This document shows, one piece after another, positions 37,526 to 47,580 of a stretch of 56,894 nucleotides of DNA (the first letter of the stretch is position 1; every line of letters begins with the position of its first letter). The stretch is from the NCBI GenBank assembly GCA_964576115.1, contig CAZNUA010000003.1, positions 79,116 through 136,009 of the forward strand, written 5' to 3'. A program made the translations under genes and the position numbers. The DNA comes from an uncultured Gemmatimonadota bacterium. Its GTDB lineage: Bacteria; Blakebacterota; Blakebacteria; Blakebacterales; Blakebacteraceae. The notes below the pieces were generated by a model. The model saw nothing but the letters and a program-made list of their open reading frames with translations, ran no database searches and was not told where the DNA came from.

Positions 37526-40231
37526 ATGAATGAATGGAAAGGTATCCGGAAGACCTGGCGGAATCTGCTGCGCCGGAGCGATGTGGAACGGGCGGTAGAC
37601 GAAGAGATGGCCTTTCACCTCGACATGGCCGTCCGGCAAATCGCCGAACAGGAGGGTGTGTCGGAATCAGAAGCCCGGGCCGAAGCGAAGCGTCGCTTCG
37701 GTGATAGGACCGGTTTCAGCTCCGACTGTATCCGTATGGAAGAGGTCGAGCGCCGCCGGCGATCACTGATCGATCATTGGACCGACCTGAAAATGGACCT
37801 GACCTTCGGAGTGAGGCAGATCCGCAGAACCCCGGGGGTGACTGCGGCGGCGGTCCTCTGCCTGGCGCTCGGGATCGGGGCTACGACAGCGGTCTACGAT
37901 ATCGCGCATTATGCCCTGTTTCCCGATACCGTCATCCGTGAACCCGACCGTGTGGTGCGCATCTACTCGGGGATACCGAACGTTGGAGAAGGCCTGGAGG
38001 ATTATGCCTCATTCTCCTGGCTCGATTTCCTCGACATGGATGCCCGGGCGCAGAGTTTCGAGAGCCTGGCCACCACGGCCCCTCAGCCCTTCCATCTCGC
38101 TGGCGAAACAGGAGCTCAACGGATCTGGGGTGAGATCGTCACCTGGGATTATTTTTCGACGCTCGGTGTTCCGATCATTCAGGGACGCGATTTTTCGGCT
38201 GATGAAGGTTTCGAAGGGACCGGCAGGCAGGTAACGCTCATCTCGGAGCGGTACTGGCGCAGCCAGTTCGGTGCCGATTCCGACGTGATCGGTTCCGAAG
38301 TGCTGATCAACGGTGAACCCTTCACCCTCGTCGGAATCGTGGATGCCGACTACAACGGCGGCATGGTGGGGATACAGAGCGAGATCTTCGTGCCGATGGC
38401 CACCCACGCCATCACCATGCCGAATGGTGAACGGCAGTTTACCCACCGCGATTCCCACTGGCTGCTGGCCGTGGTCGGCCGGCTGAGACCGGGAGTGTCT
38501 GTCGAACAGGCCCGGAGCGAGGTCGAAGCCATTGCCCTCCAACTCCAGGAAGAATACCCCGAGTCCAACGAAGGCATCACGGCCACAGTGGTGCGCGAGC
38601 GGGATTCGCGCCTGCACCCGCTCATCAGGGGGCAGTTCGTGATGCTGGTCAATCTGGTCGCAGTCGTGGTCGGTCTGATCCTGCTGCTGACCTGCGCCAA
38701 CGTGGCCGGCCTGCTGCTGGCGCGCTCTCTGGCCCGGCGGCGTGAGATCGGCATCCGTCTCTCGCTGGGGGCAGAGAGGGGGCGGGTCGTGCGTCAGATC
38801 CTGACCGAAAGTATCATCCTGGCGCTGCTGGCCGGGATCCTGGGGTATGTCATGGCTCAAGGCACCGGGCCCCTGCTTCGCTCGATCATGCCGCCGCTCG
38901 ATCTGCCCCTCGATCTCGGGATCAGCTCGAGTCCCGGCGCGCTCCTCTTCGTCTTCGCGACCGCACTCGTGACCGGGCTACTCTTCGGGCTCACGCCGGC
39001 CCTGGAGGTCACGCGGCAGGATCTGGTTTCGACTCTGACCACCGGCCGGGTCTCGGCCGGCCGGCGTTCCCGCCGCCTGCGCCGGTTGATGGTCTCGGTC
39101 CAGGTGGCTGTCTCGATGGTCCTCCTTGTGCTGACCGGGATGGCCGTGCGCAGCTTGCACAATGCCCGCGATATCGATGTGGGCTTCGAAGCCGGGGATA
39201 TCATCTGCGCCTCCGTTTTCACCGATCTGCAGGGTTATGACGAAGATCGTTCCCGACAGTACTTCGTACGTGTCACCGAACGATTGCGAACCCTGCCGGG
39301 GGTGCGCGCGGTGGCCACCGGGCACATGAACCAGCTGGCCCCGACCATCAACATGATCAATGTAGTCCCCGAGGGCTGGGAGGACCGGATCGACGAACTG
39401 CCCGGCTGCATGTACAACTACATCGACGAAGCCTATCTGCCCGCCCTGCAGATCCCGCTGGAACGGGGTCGCAACTTTTCGTCGGCCGACGGCCCCGAAG
39501 CTCCCCCGGTGGCCATCGTCAACCGGGCATTCGTGGATCGTTTCTGGGCCGGTGAGGATCCGATCGGCAGAACGGTGCGCCGGCACAGCGTGCACTGGTC
39601 CGTCATTGGCGTCGTTCCCACCGGTAAATACTTCGGGCTGGGTGAAGAACCCCGTCCCTTCATCTACATCCCGCTCCGCCAGGAGATGCAGGCTTTGTTC
39701 ACCTTTTACATCGATCTCGATCGTGTCAACGAGGCCGCCCTGCAGGCCGTACGGGGGGTGTTTACCGAGATCGATCCGGCCATGCCGGTGGCCGAGATCA
39801 TCCAGCTTCAGTCGTATGTGGATACCGCCCTGCTCACTGCCCGGGTGATTGCCGGTCTGGTATCGGCCTTCGGCGGGCTGGCTCTGCTGCTGGCTGCGAT
39901 CGGGCTCTACGGGCTGATTGCCTATGCGGTGCACCAGCGCACGGCCGAGATCGGGATCCGCATGGCGGTCGGAGCCGGACGGGGGGATGTGATCCGGCTG
40001 ATGGTCGGGGGCGGTCTGCGCCAAATCGCTGTTGCCCTGGCGGTCGGACTCGTTCTGGGCGGGTTTGCCTCATCGGCGGTTCATGGTCTGTTCTTCGGTC
40101 TGGCGCCGATCGATGTGACCTCGGTTGGAACAGCTCTCCTGGTGCTGCTCACCACCGCCCTGCTGGCTACCTGGCTGCCCGCCCGGCGAGCTTCACAACT
40201 CGACCCGGTACGGGCTTTGACAGTCGAATAA
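37526..40231 (+). CDS. ADOP-family duplicated ABC permease
   Basis: Permease-prefix domain (VDEEMAFHLDM...AKRRFG), LALGIGA, CANVAGLLL, REIGIRLSLGA, EIGIRMAVGA, PARRASQLDP. Confidence 0.9.
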   Translation: MNEWKGIRKTWRNLLRRSDVERAVDEEMAFHLDMAVRQIAEQEGVSESEARAEAKRRFGDRTGFSSDCIRMEEVERRRRSLIDHWTDLKMDLTFGVRQIRRTPGVTAAAVLCLALGIGATTAVYDIAHYALFPDTVIREPDRVVRIYSGIPNVGEGLEDYASFSWLDFLDMDARAQSFESLATTAPQPFHLAGETGAQRIWGEIVTWDYFSTLGVPIIQGRDFSADEGFEGTGRQVTLISERYWRSQFGADSDVIGSEVLINGEPFTLVGIVDADYNGGMVGIQSEIFVPMATHAITMPNGERQFTHRDSHWLLAVVGRLRPGVSVEQARSEVEAIALQLQEEYPESNEGITATVVRERDSRLHPLIRGQFVMLVNLVAVVVGLILLLTCANVAGLLLARSLARRREIGIRLSLGAERGRVVRQILTESIILALLAGILGYVMAQGTGPLLRSIMPPLDLPLDLGISSSPGALLFVFATALVTGLLFGLTPALEVTRQDLVSTLTTGRVSAGRRSRRLRRLMVSVQVAVSMVLLVLTGMAVRSLHNARDIDVGFEAGDIICASVFTDLQGYDEDRSRQYFVRVTERLRTLPGVRAVATGHMNQLAPTINMINVVPEGWEDRIDELPGCMYNYIDEAYLPALQIPLERGRNFSSADGPEAPPVAIVNRAFVDRFWAGEDPIGRTVRRHSVHWSVIGVVPTGKYFGLGEEPRPFIYIPLRQEMQALFTFYIDLDRVNEAALQAVRGVFTEIDPAMPVAEIIQLQSYVDTALLTARVIAGLVSAFGGLALLLAAIGLYGLIAYAVHQRTAEIGIRMAVGAGRGDVIRLMVGGGLRQIAVALAVGLVLGGFASSAVHGLFFGLAPIDVTSVGTALLVLLTTALLATWLPARRASQLDPVRALTVE

Positions 40232-40260
40232 TCGAGGAAATACCTGAGAAGGAACGGGAT

Positions 40261-42963
40261 ATGACCGAGTGGAAAGGCATCCGGAAAACCTGGCGCAACC
40301 TGCTGCGCCGCCGCGATGTAGAGCGGGCAGTCGATGAGGAAATGGCCTTCCACCTCGACATGGCTGCCCGGCAGATCGCCGAACGGGAGGGTCTCCCGGA
40401 AGCCGAGGCACGGGCCGAAGCGAAGCGTCGCTTCGGTGACCGGGCCGGTTTCAGCTCCGACTGCATCCGGATGGAGGAAGCCGAACGCCGCCACCGGTCC
40501 CTGGTCGACCATTTGAGAGACCTGAAGATGGACCTGACCTTCGGGGTGAGACAGATCCGCCGAACCCCGGGGATCACGGCCGCAGCGGTGCTCTGCCTGG
40601 CGCTCGGGATCGGAGCCACGACCGCCGTCTACGAAATCGCGCACTACGCTCTGTTCCCCGATACCGCCATCACCGAACCCGAGCGGGTGGTGCGGATCTA
40701 CGCCGATATCCCCGCTGCAGTGGCCCAGGGGGTGCAGTACTCGCCCTTTTCGTGGCCCAACTACATCGATCTGAAAGAGCAGGCTCGTTCCTTCGAAGCG
40801 GTCGCAACCGGAACGAGCTGGCCCTTCCACCTGGCCGGTGCGGGTGAGGTACCCGAACGGGTCTGGGGGGAACTGGTCACTGCGGACTACTTCTCCACCC
40901 TCGGGATCGAGATGGCTCTGGGACGGGATTTCCGTCCCGAAGAGGGAAAGGAAATCGGCGGTCAGGCCGTGCTTCTGCTCTCCTGGGGCTGCTGGCAGCG
41001 GCGCTTCGGCGGTGATCCCGGCGTCCTGGGGCAAGAGCTCCTGATCAATGGCCATGCGCTGACGGTGATCGGTGTCCTCGAACGGGACTACAACGGTCCC
41101 GGAGTGGGGATGCGCAGTGACCTCATCCTGCCGATGGGCATGCACCAGGTCGCCATACCCGGTGGCGACTACCGCTTTCAGACCCGGAACCTGCCCTGGC
41201 TCTATACCGTCGTCGGCCGTCTGGCACCGGGGGTGACGCTCGATCAGGCCCGTAGCGAGGTGACAACGATCGCCGCCCGTCTGCAGGCTGCCTATCCCGG
41301 CACCAACGAGGATGTCGGGGCTCATGTCCTGAGCGAGCAGAAATCGCGCCTGCATCCGATGATCCGCGATCGCTTCCAGCTCATCGTCCTGCTCAACAGC
41401 GTCGTGGTCGGACTGGTGCTGCTGCTCACCTGCGCCAATGTCGCCGGCCTGCTGCTGGCCCGTTCCTCGGCCCGGCGGCGCGAGATCGCCATCAGGCTCG
41501 CGCTGGGAGCCGAGCGGCGCCGGATCGTGCGCCAGATTTTGACCGAGAGCCTGCTGCTGGCCCTGGTATCCGGAGCCGTGGGATACCTGCTGGCCCGGGG
41601 GACCGCACCGCTGATGCAGTCGTTCATGCCGCCCATCGATATGCCGATGGACCTGGCCGTGAGTTCGAGTCCGAGCGCGGTATTGTTCGTCATCGTCATC
41701 GCCCTGGCCTCGGGTCTCATGTTCGGGCTCACCCCCGCTCTGGAGGCCAGCCGCCAGAGCCTGATCTCATCCCTGACCTCGGGCCGCGTCACCACCGGCC
41801 GACGTTCCCGCCGGGCTCGTCGGCTGATGGTCTCGACCCAGGTTGCAGTCGCTTCGGTTCTGCTCATCCTGGCGGGCGTGAGCATGGTCAGCCTGCAAAA
41901 TGCGCGCCGGGTCGATGTCGGTTTCGAACCCGAAGGGGTCGTCGAGGCAACTGTGTTTCTGGGACTTCAGGGCTACGATGCCGACCGCGCGCGGTCCTTT
42001 CACGATCGGGCCAGGCAGAACCTGGAGAACATCCCGGGCGTGACAGCCGTGTCCGCCGGTCATCTATCGCAGATTTCACCTTCGATCAACATGATCGGGG
42101 TTCTGCCCGAAGGCTGGGAGGGGCCCGAGGACCCGCCGGCGGTGATGTATAACTACATCGACGAAGACTATCTGCCAACCCTGTGTATCGCGGTCGAACA
42201 GGGGCGTAACTTCACCCTCCACGATCGTGACGAGACCGCTCCGGTCGTCATCGTCAACCGGGCCTTCGCCGACCGTTTCTGGCCCGGTGAAGATCCTCTC
42301 GGCCGCACGGTCAGCCGGCGCGGAAACCGTATGACGATCGTCGGGGTGGTCCCGACGGGGAAATACTTCAGCCTGAGCGAGGATCCCCGTTTCTATATCT
42401 ACTTTCCTCTGCGCACCTTCATGCAGACCCAGCAGGCCTATTATCTTCGCGTTGAGCGGATCGACGAGTCCACCATGCGGGCGATCCGTCAGGTATTCCT
42501 CGAACTCGATCCGGCTCTGCCGGCCGAGCTCTCCACGCTCGAATCTTACGTTGATACCGCTTTGCTCGTCCCCCGGGTCATGGCTGTGCTGGTTTCGGCC
42601 AGCGGCCTGCTGGCTCTGCTCCTGGCCGCTATCGGGCTCTACGGTCTGATTGCGTACAGTGTGCACCAGCGCACGGCCGAGATCGGCATCCGGGTGGCGA
42701 TCGGCGCCGGGCGGGCGGACATCATCCGCCTGGTGGTGGGGGATGGTCTCAGGCAGACGGGCATTGCCCTCATCGTGGGGCTCGGGCTCGGATTGCTCGT
42801 TTCTGCTCTCACCCACGGCCTGCTTTTCGACCTGGCCCCGGTCGAGCCTCTTCCCGTCACAGCAGCGATGAGCATTCTGCTCGTCACCACCCTGCTGGCT
42901 ACATGGCTGCCCGCCCGGCGGGCCTCGCGGATCGATCCGGTCCGGGCCCTGACGGGCGAATAG
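40261..42963 (+). CDS. ADOP-family duplicated ABC permease (tandem paralog of 37526-40231)
   Basis: Same architecture; near-identical N-terminus and C-terminal TM segments. Confidence 0.9.
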   Translation: MTEWKGIRKTWRNLLRRRDVERAVDEEMAFHLDMAARQIAEREGLPEAEARAEAKRRFGDRAGFSSDCIRMEEAERRHRSLVDHLRDLKMDLTFGVRQIRRTPGITAAAVLCLALGIGATTAVYEIAHYALFPDTAITEPERVVRIYADIPAAVAQGVQYSPFSWPNYIDLKEQARSFEAVATGTSWPFHLAGAGEVPERVWGELVTADYFSTLGIEMALGRDFRPEEGKEIGGQAVLLLSWGCWQRRFGGDPGVLGQELLINGHALTVIGVLERDYNGPGVGMRSDLILPMGMHQVAIPGGDYRFQTRNLPWLYTVVGRLAPGVTLDQARSEVTTIAARLQAAYPGTNEDVGAHVLSEQKSRLHPMIRDRFQLIVLLNSVVVGLVLLLTCANVAGLLLARSSARRREIAIRLALGAERRRIVRQILTESLLLALVSGAVGYLLARGTAPLMQSFMPPIDMPMDLAVSSSPSAVLFVIVIALASGLMFGLTPALEASRQSLISSLTSGRVTTGRRSRRARRLMVSTQVAVASVLLILAGVSMVSLQNARRVDVGFEPEGVVEATVFLGLQGYDADRARSFHDRARQNLENIPGVTAVSAGHLSQISPSINMIGVLPEGWEGPEDPPAVMYNYIDEDYLPTLCIAVEQGRNFTLHDRDETAPVVIVNRAFADRFWPGEDPLGRTVSRRGNRMTIVGVVPTGKYFSLSEDPRFYIYFPLRTFMQTQQAYYLRVERIDESTMRAIRQVFLELDPALPAELSTLESYVDTALLVPRVMAVLVSASGLLALLLAAIGLYGLIAYSVHQRTAEIGIRVAIGAGRADIIRLVVGDGLRQTGIALIVGLGLGLLVSALTHGLLFDLAPVEPLPVTAAMSILLVTTLLATWLPARRASRIDPVRALTGE

Positions 42964-43113
42964 CCGGCCGGTGAACTGATCGTCCGGCCTGACGTGACCC
43001 CTCTGCCCCGCGGTGCGATTGACGCCCGCGGGGTTTCCTTCTACCGTTAGCCTGTGAATGGTACCGACCGGGTGCCTCACCCACCCGTCATCCTGTCATC
43101 AGGAGAGACCTGT

Positions 43114-44769
43114 ATGTTGCCCCGACCGGATATCTTTCGGTCTCCGCGCCGATCTTTCGGCCCGATTGTCGCACTCACGATGTCCCTGCTTCTGCTCGGC
43201 CTCGCTTCGCTGCCTGTCCTTGCCCAGGGTCGCCGGCAGAGCCGCTCGCAACCCGGACCGCAGGCAGTGCATGAAGCGGTGCACTCGTGGCGGTTGGGAC
43301 ACGAGGCGGAGATCCTGGCTGAATACCGGGAATTCCTGCGCCTGCCCGACGTGGCTTCGGATGAGGTCAACATCCGCCACAATGCCGAGCACATCCTGGC
43401 CATGCTCGACCGGCGGGGCATCGCCGGACGGCTGCTCGAAACTCCCGGCGCTCCGCCGGCGGTGTACGCCCGCGTCGACGCCGCGGGCGCCGAGCGCACG
43501 ATCGTCTTCTATGCCCACTACGACGGCCAGCCGGTCGACCACTCCCGCTGGCATTCCGATCCCTGGGAACCGGTCCTGCGCGACGGATCGCTCGCCGAAG
43601 GTGCCCGTGACGTACCCTTCCCCGACCCCGCTACGGCGGCCGCGTCCGGGGCTCGGCCGGTTCCGCTCGATCCCGAGTGGCGCATCTACGCCCGGGCCGC
43701 AAGCGACGACAAGGCGCCTATCATGGCTCTGCTCTCGGCCTGGGATGCGCTCGCTGCGGCCGGGCTGGAACGTTCGGTCAACGTCGTCTTCTTCTTCGAG
43801 GGCGAGGAAGAAGCCGGTTCGCCCCACGTGCGCACCACGCTGGAGCACTACCGCGATCTGCTCGCGGCCGATGCATGGCTCTTCTGCGACGGTCCGGTGA
43901 ACCAGAGCCGCCGGGCCGAAGTGAACTTCGGGGTGCGCGGCATCGTCGGCGTGCAGATGACCGTCTACGGCCCCGCCCGAGCCCTGCATTCGGGGCACTA
44001 CGGCAACTGGGCGCCGCACCCGACCGTGGAACTGATCCACCTGCTGGCTTCGATGCGGGACGAGGAGGGTACCGTTCTGGTCGGCGGTTTCTACGATACC
44101 GTGCGGCCGGTGACGGACACCGAGCGGGCGGCCATTGCCCGCATCCCCCCGGTCGAAGAGCAGCTGATCACCGAGCTGGCCCTGGGGCGCACCGAGGGGG
44201 GCGGGGCGCGCCTGCCCGAGCGCATCATGGCCCCGGCCATGAACGTGAGCGGCTTTGCGGCCGGCGGGGTGGGGGCTGAGGCGAAAAACGCCATTCCCTC
44301 CGAGGCCCGGGCCTACGTCGATTTCCGGCTCGTCCCCGAGCTGGTACCCGAACGGGTGCGCGAACTCGTCGAAGCTCACGTACGGGGCATGGGTTTCGAG
44401 ATCGTGCACGCCGAACCGTCGCTCGAGGAGCGTCGGGCGCAAAGGAAAATCATCCGGCTCGACTGGGGCGAGGGATACCCGGCCGTGCGGACCTCGATGG
44501 AGCTGCCCGTGAGCCGGGCCCTGATCGCCACCGCCCGCGAGGTCGCTCCAGACCTGCTGACCGTGCCCACCCACGGCGGCAGCCTGCCGATGTACGTCTT
44601 CCAGGACGTGCTCGGCGTGCCCCTGATCACCCTGCCGATCGTCAATCACGACAACAACCAGCACGGGCCTGATGAAAACCTGCGTCTGCAGAATCTCTGG
44701 GACGGGATCGCGATGTTCGGGCAGGTCCTGGCCCGGCTGGGTGACAACTGGGAGCGAGAAATTCCATGA
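43114..44769 (+). CDS. M20/M25/M40 family metallo-hydrolase with predicted signal peptide
   Basis: YAHYDGQP, ARAASDDKAP, EGEEEAGS, HSGHYG, HDNNQHGPDEN; RBS AGGAG before ATG 43114. Confidence 0.88.
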   Translation: MLPRPDIFRSPRRSFGPIVALTMSLLLLGLASLPVLAQGRRQSRSQPGPQAVHEAVHSWRLGHEAEILAEYREFLRLPDVASDEVNIRHNAEHILAMLDRRGIAGRLLETPGAPPAVYARVDAAGAERTIVFYAHYDGQPVDHSRWHSDPWEPVLRDGSLAEGARDVPFPDPATAAASGARPVPLDPEWRIYARAASDDKAPIMALLSAWDALAAAGLERSVNVVFFFEGEEEAGSPHVRTTLEHYRDLLAADAWLFCDGPVNQSRRAEVNFGVRGIVGVQMTVYGPARALHSGHYGNWAPHPTVELIHLLASMRDEEGTVLVGGFYDTVRPVTDTERAAIARIPPVEEQLITELALGRTEGGGARLPERIMAPAMNVSGFAAGGVGAEAKNAIPSEARAYVDFRLVPELVPERVRELVEAHVRGMGFEIVHAEPSLEERRAQRKIIRLDWGEGYPAVRTSMELPVSRALIATAREVAPDLLTVPTHGGSLPMYVFQDVLGVPLITLPIVNHDNNQHGPDENLRLQNLWDGIAMFGQVLARLGDNWEREIP

Positions 44770-46187
44770 AAATGCTGCTCGCCGGAGAGTGGGTCGACCG
44801 GGACGAGATGATTCCGGTCTACGATCCCTGGGATGACGGCCTGATCGACCACGTGCCGAGTGCCACCGCCTCGGACGCCGAAGTGGCCCTGGAATCGGCC
44901 CTGCAGGGCTTCGAAACGGCCCGGGCGATGACGGTGCACGAACGGGCCGGGGTACTCTATCGTACCGCCGATATCGTGCGTGACAATCTCGATACGTTCG
45001 CCGAAATGATCGCCCGCGAAGGTTCGAAGACAATCCGCGAGGCCCGCAAGGAGGCCCTGCGCTGTACCAACACCCTGACCGTTTCTGCCGAAGAGGCCAA
45101 ACGCCTGCTGGGCGAGACGATCCCCTTCGATTCCTTCCCCGGCGGCGAGGACCGGGTGGGCTACTGGTACCGCTTTCCCATCGGGGTGGTACTGGCCATC
45201 ACCCCCTTCAACGATCCCCTCAACCTGGTGGCGCACAAGCTGGGGCCGGCCATCGCGGCCGGCAATGCCGTCATTCTCAAACCGGCCACCGTCACCCCTC
45301 TCTCGGCCCTGCTCTTGGCCGAGGCATTTCTCGAAGCCGGATTGCCCTCCGACGTACTGCAGGTCATCACCGGCTCGGGGGCGCGTCTGGGCGAAGTGCT
45401 CGTACCCGACGCCCGGGTACGCATGGTCTCGATCACCAGCGGGATCGAGGCCGGGCAGTGGATCGCCGAGAACGCCGGCATCAAGAAACTGGGCATGGAA
45501 CTGGGCTCCAACTCGCCGGTCATCGTCTGGGAAGATGCCGATCTGGAGTGGGCGGTCGAATCGTGCGTTTCGGGCGCCTTCTGGGCGGCGGGACAGAACT
45601 GCATCGGGGTGCAGCGACTCTACGTGCACGCGGCGGTCTACGACGAATTCCGCGACCGGTTCGTGGAACGCACCGGCAAGTATGTGATCGGCAACAAACT
45701 CGACGAGGCGACCGATATGGGACCGATGATCACCGCCGAGGAAGCCGAACGGGTCGAAGCCTGGGTCGCCGAAGCCTGTCAGATGGGAGCCGAGGTGCTC
45801 ACCGGCGGCAGGCGGGAACGGGCTCTGTATGAACCCACCGTTCTCGAAGGGGTGCCCGAAAAAGCCACCATCCACCGTGAAGAGGTCTTCGGGCCGGTGG
45901 TCAACCTCTATGAAGTCGAAGAGGCCGACGAGGCGATCTCGAAGGCCAACAGCCTGCCCTTCGGCCTGCATGCCGGAGTGTTCACCCGCGATGTGAACCT
46001 CGCTTTCCGCTTTGCGTACGCCCTGCAGTGCGGTGGGGTGATGATCAACGATTCGACCGACTACCGGCTCGACTCGATGCCTTTCGGGGGCATCCGCAAC
46101 TCCGGGCTGGGGCGCGAGGGAATCAAGTTCAGCCTGCAGGAAATGACCGAGCCGAAAACGATCTGCTTCCTCATCAACCAGGGATAA
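44766..46187 (+). CDS. NAD(P)-dependent aldehyde dehydrogenase
   Basis: ITPFNDPLN, LKPA, MELGSN, AGQNCIG (catalytic Cys), EEVFGP, PFGGIRNSGLGREG. Confidence 0.95.
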   Translation: MKMLLAGEWVDRDEMIPVYDPWDDGLIDHVPSATASDAEVALESALQGFETARAMTVHERAGVLYRTADIVRDNLDTFAEMIAREGSKTIREARKEALRCTNTLTVSAEEAKRLLGETIPFDSFPGGEDRVGYWYRFPIGVVLAITPFNDPLNLVAHKLGPAIAAGNAVILKPATVTPLSALLLAEAFLEAGLPSDVLQVITGSGARLGEVLVPDARVRMVSITSGIEAGQWIAENAGIKKLGMELGSNSPVIVWEDADLEWAVESCVSGAFWAAGQNCIGVQRLYVHAAVYDEFRDRFVERTGKYVIGNKLDEATDMGPMITAEEAERVEAWVAEACQMGAEVLTGGRRERALYEPTVLEGVPEKATIHREEVFGPVVNLYEVEEADEAISKANSLPFGLHAGVFTRDVNLAFRFAYALQCGGVMINDSTDYRLDSMPFGGIRNSGLGREGIKFSLQEMTEPKTICFLINQG

Positions 46188-46214
46188 CGAGTGGACACCC
46201 GAGGAGTGACAGCC

Positions 46215-47579
46215 ATGGATTTCAGCGAACTCTCCCACACCGATGCTCCCCGCATCGACACTCCGCCACCGGGACCGGAGTCTCAGGTTTTTCTCGAGCA
46301 GCAGCGGGCAACCGAAGGAGCCGCTGTCTCTTATCCCCGAGGCCTGCCGATGGCCCTGCGCCGGGGCCGGGGAGCCACCGTCGAGGATGTCGACGGCAAT
46401 ATCTATCTCGATTTCTTCGGTGGGGCCGGAGTGATGAACGTCGGGCATGCCAATCCGGCCGTGCTTGCCGCCGCCCGGGCTCAGATCGAGGACCTGACCC
46501 ATACCCTCGACATTCCCAGCCCGCCGCGGCGCGACCTGGTCGAGGCCCTGGGGGCTGTTCTGCCCGCCGGCCTGACTCGGCTCTTCTTCGGCGGTCCGAC
46601 CGGTTCCGATGCGGTCGAAGCGGCCATGAAACTGGCCCGCCACAACACCGGCCGCTACCCCGTCGTCGCTTTCGAGGGCTCCTATCACGGTATGACGGCG
46701 GGTGCGCTCTCGCTCTGCAGCGGAGCGCCCTTCAAGGAGCGTTTCCTGCCCCTGCTGCCTGAGGTGCACTTCGTCCCCTACGCCTACTGCTACCGCTGTC
46801 CCTTCGACCGCGAACCCGCGACCTGCGGCTGCGCCTGCGCCGACTATCTCGAGCACGTCATCGACGATCCCCACTCCGGGGTGGCCCATCCGGCGGCCGT
46901 GATTGTCGAGGCGATCCAGGGCGAGGGTGGTTCGATCGTCCCCCATCCCGATTTCATCCCCCGGATCAGGCAAATCTGCGACAAGTACGAGATCCTCATG
47001 ATCGACGACGAGATCCAGGCCGGTTTCTGCCGTACCGGGCGGATGTTCGCCTGCGAGCATACAGGCACCTCTCCCGACATCATGACCATGTCGAAGGCCC
47101 TGGGTGGGGTCGGCTTCCCCCTCTCGGGGATCGCCTATCGCGAGGAACTCGACACCTGGGAACCGGGGGCGCATATCGGCACTTTCCGTGGTAATGTGAT
47201 CGCCTATGCCGCCGGGGCGGCGGCGATCGGATTCATGCGCGAACACGAACTGGCTGCTCATGCCGAGCGGGTGGGGGAAATCGTGCTCGAGATGCTCTCT
47301 GAACTCGAACGCGACTCGACCATCGTCGGCGAGGCCCGCGGTGCCGGGCTCATGCTGGGGGTCGAGTTCGTGACCGACAAGGCCACGAAGGAGCCGGCCC
47401 CCGAACTGGCTCGACAGGTACGCAGTCGCTGTCATCAGAGCGGCGTGCTGATCGAGGTCGGCGGGCACTGGTTCAATGTGGCCCGCTTCCTGCCCCCCCT
47501 GGTGCTGACCGAAGAGCTGGCCCGCCGGGGTACAGAGATCTTCTGCGAGTGCGTCCGCGAGATCGAGAAGGAGCGTTGA
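46215..47579 (+). CDS. Class III aminotransferase, diaminobutyrate-2-oxoglutarate transaminase-like
   Basis: AVSYPRGLP, YLDFFGGAGVMNVGH, GPTGSDAVEAAMK, YHGMT, EAIQGEGG, DEIQAG, MSKALGG (PLP Lys), HIGTFRGN (Dat/EctB-like). Confidence 0.85.
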   Translation: MDFSELSHTDAPRIDTPPPGPESQVFLEQQRATEGAAVSYPRGLPMALRRGRGATVEDVDGNIYLDFFGGAGVMNVGHANPAVLAAARAQIEDLTHTLDIPSPPRRDLVEALGAVLPAGLTRLFFGGPTGSDAVEAAMKLARHNTGRYPVVAFEGSYHGMTAGALSLCSGAPFKERFLPLLPEVHFVPYAYCYRCPFDREPATCGCACADYLEHVIDDPHSGVAHPAAVIVEAIQGEGGSIVPHPDFIPRIRQICDKYEILMIDDEIQAGFCRTGRMFACEHTGTSPDIMTMSKALGGVGFPLSGIAYREELDTWEPGAHIGTFRGNVIAYAAGAAAIGFMREHELAAHAERVGEIVLEMLSELERDSTIVGEARGAGLMLGVEFVTDKATKEPAPELARQVRSRCHQSGVLIEVGGHWFNVARFLPPLVLTEELARRGTEIFCECVREIEKER

Positions 47580-47580
47580 G

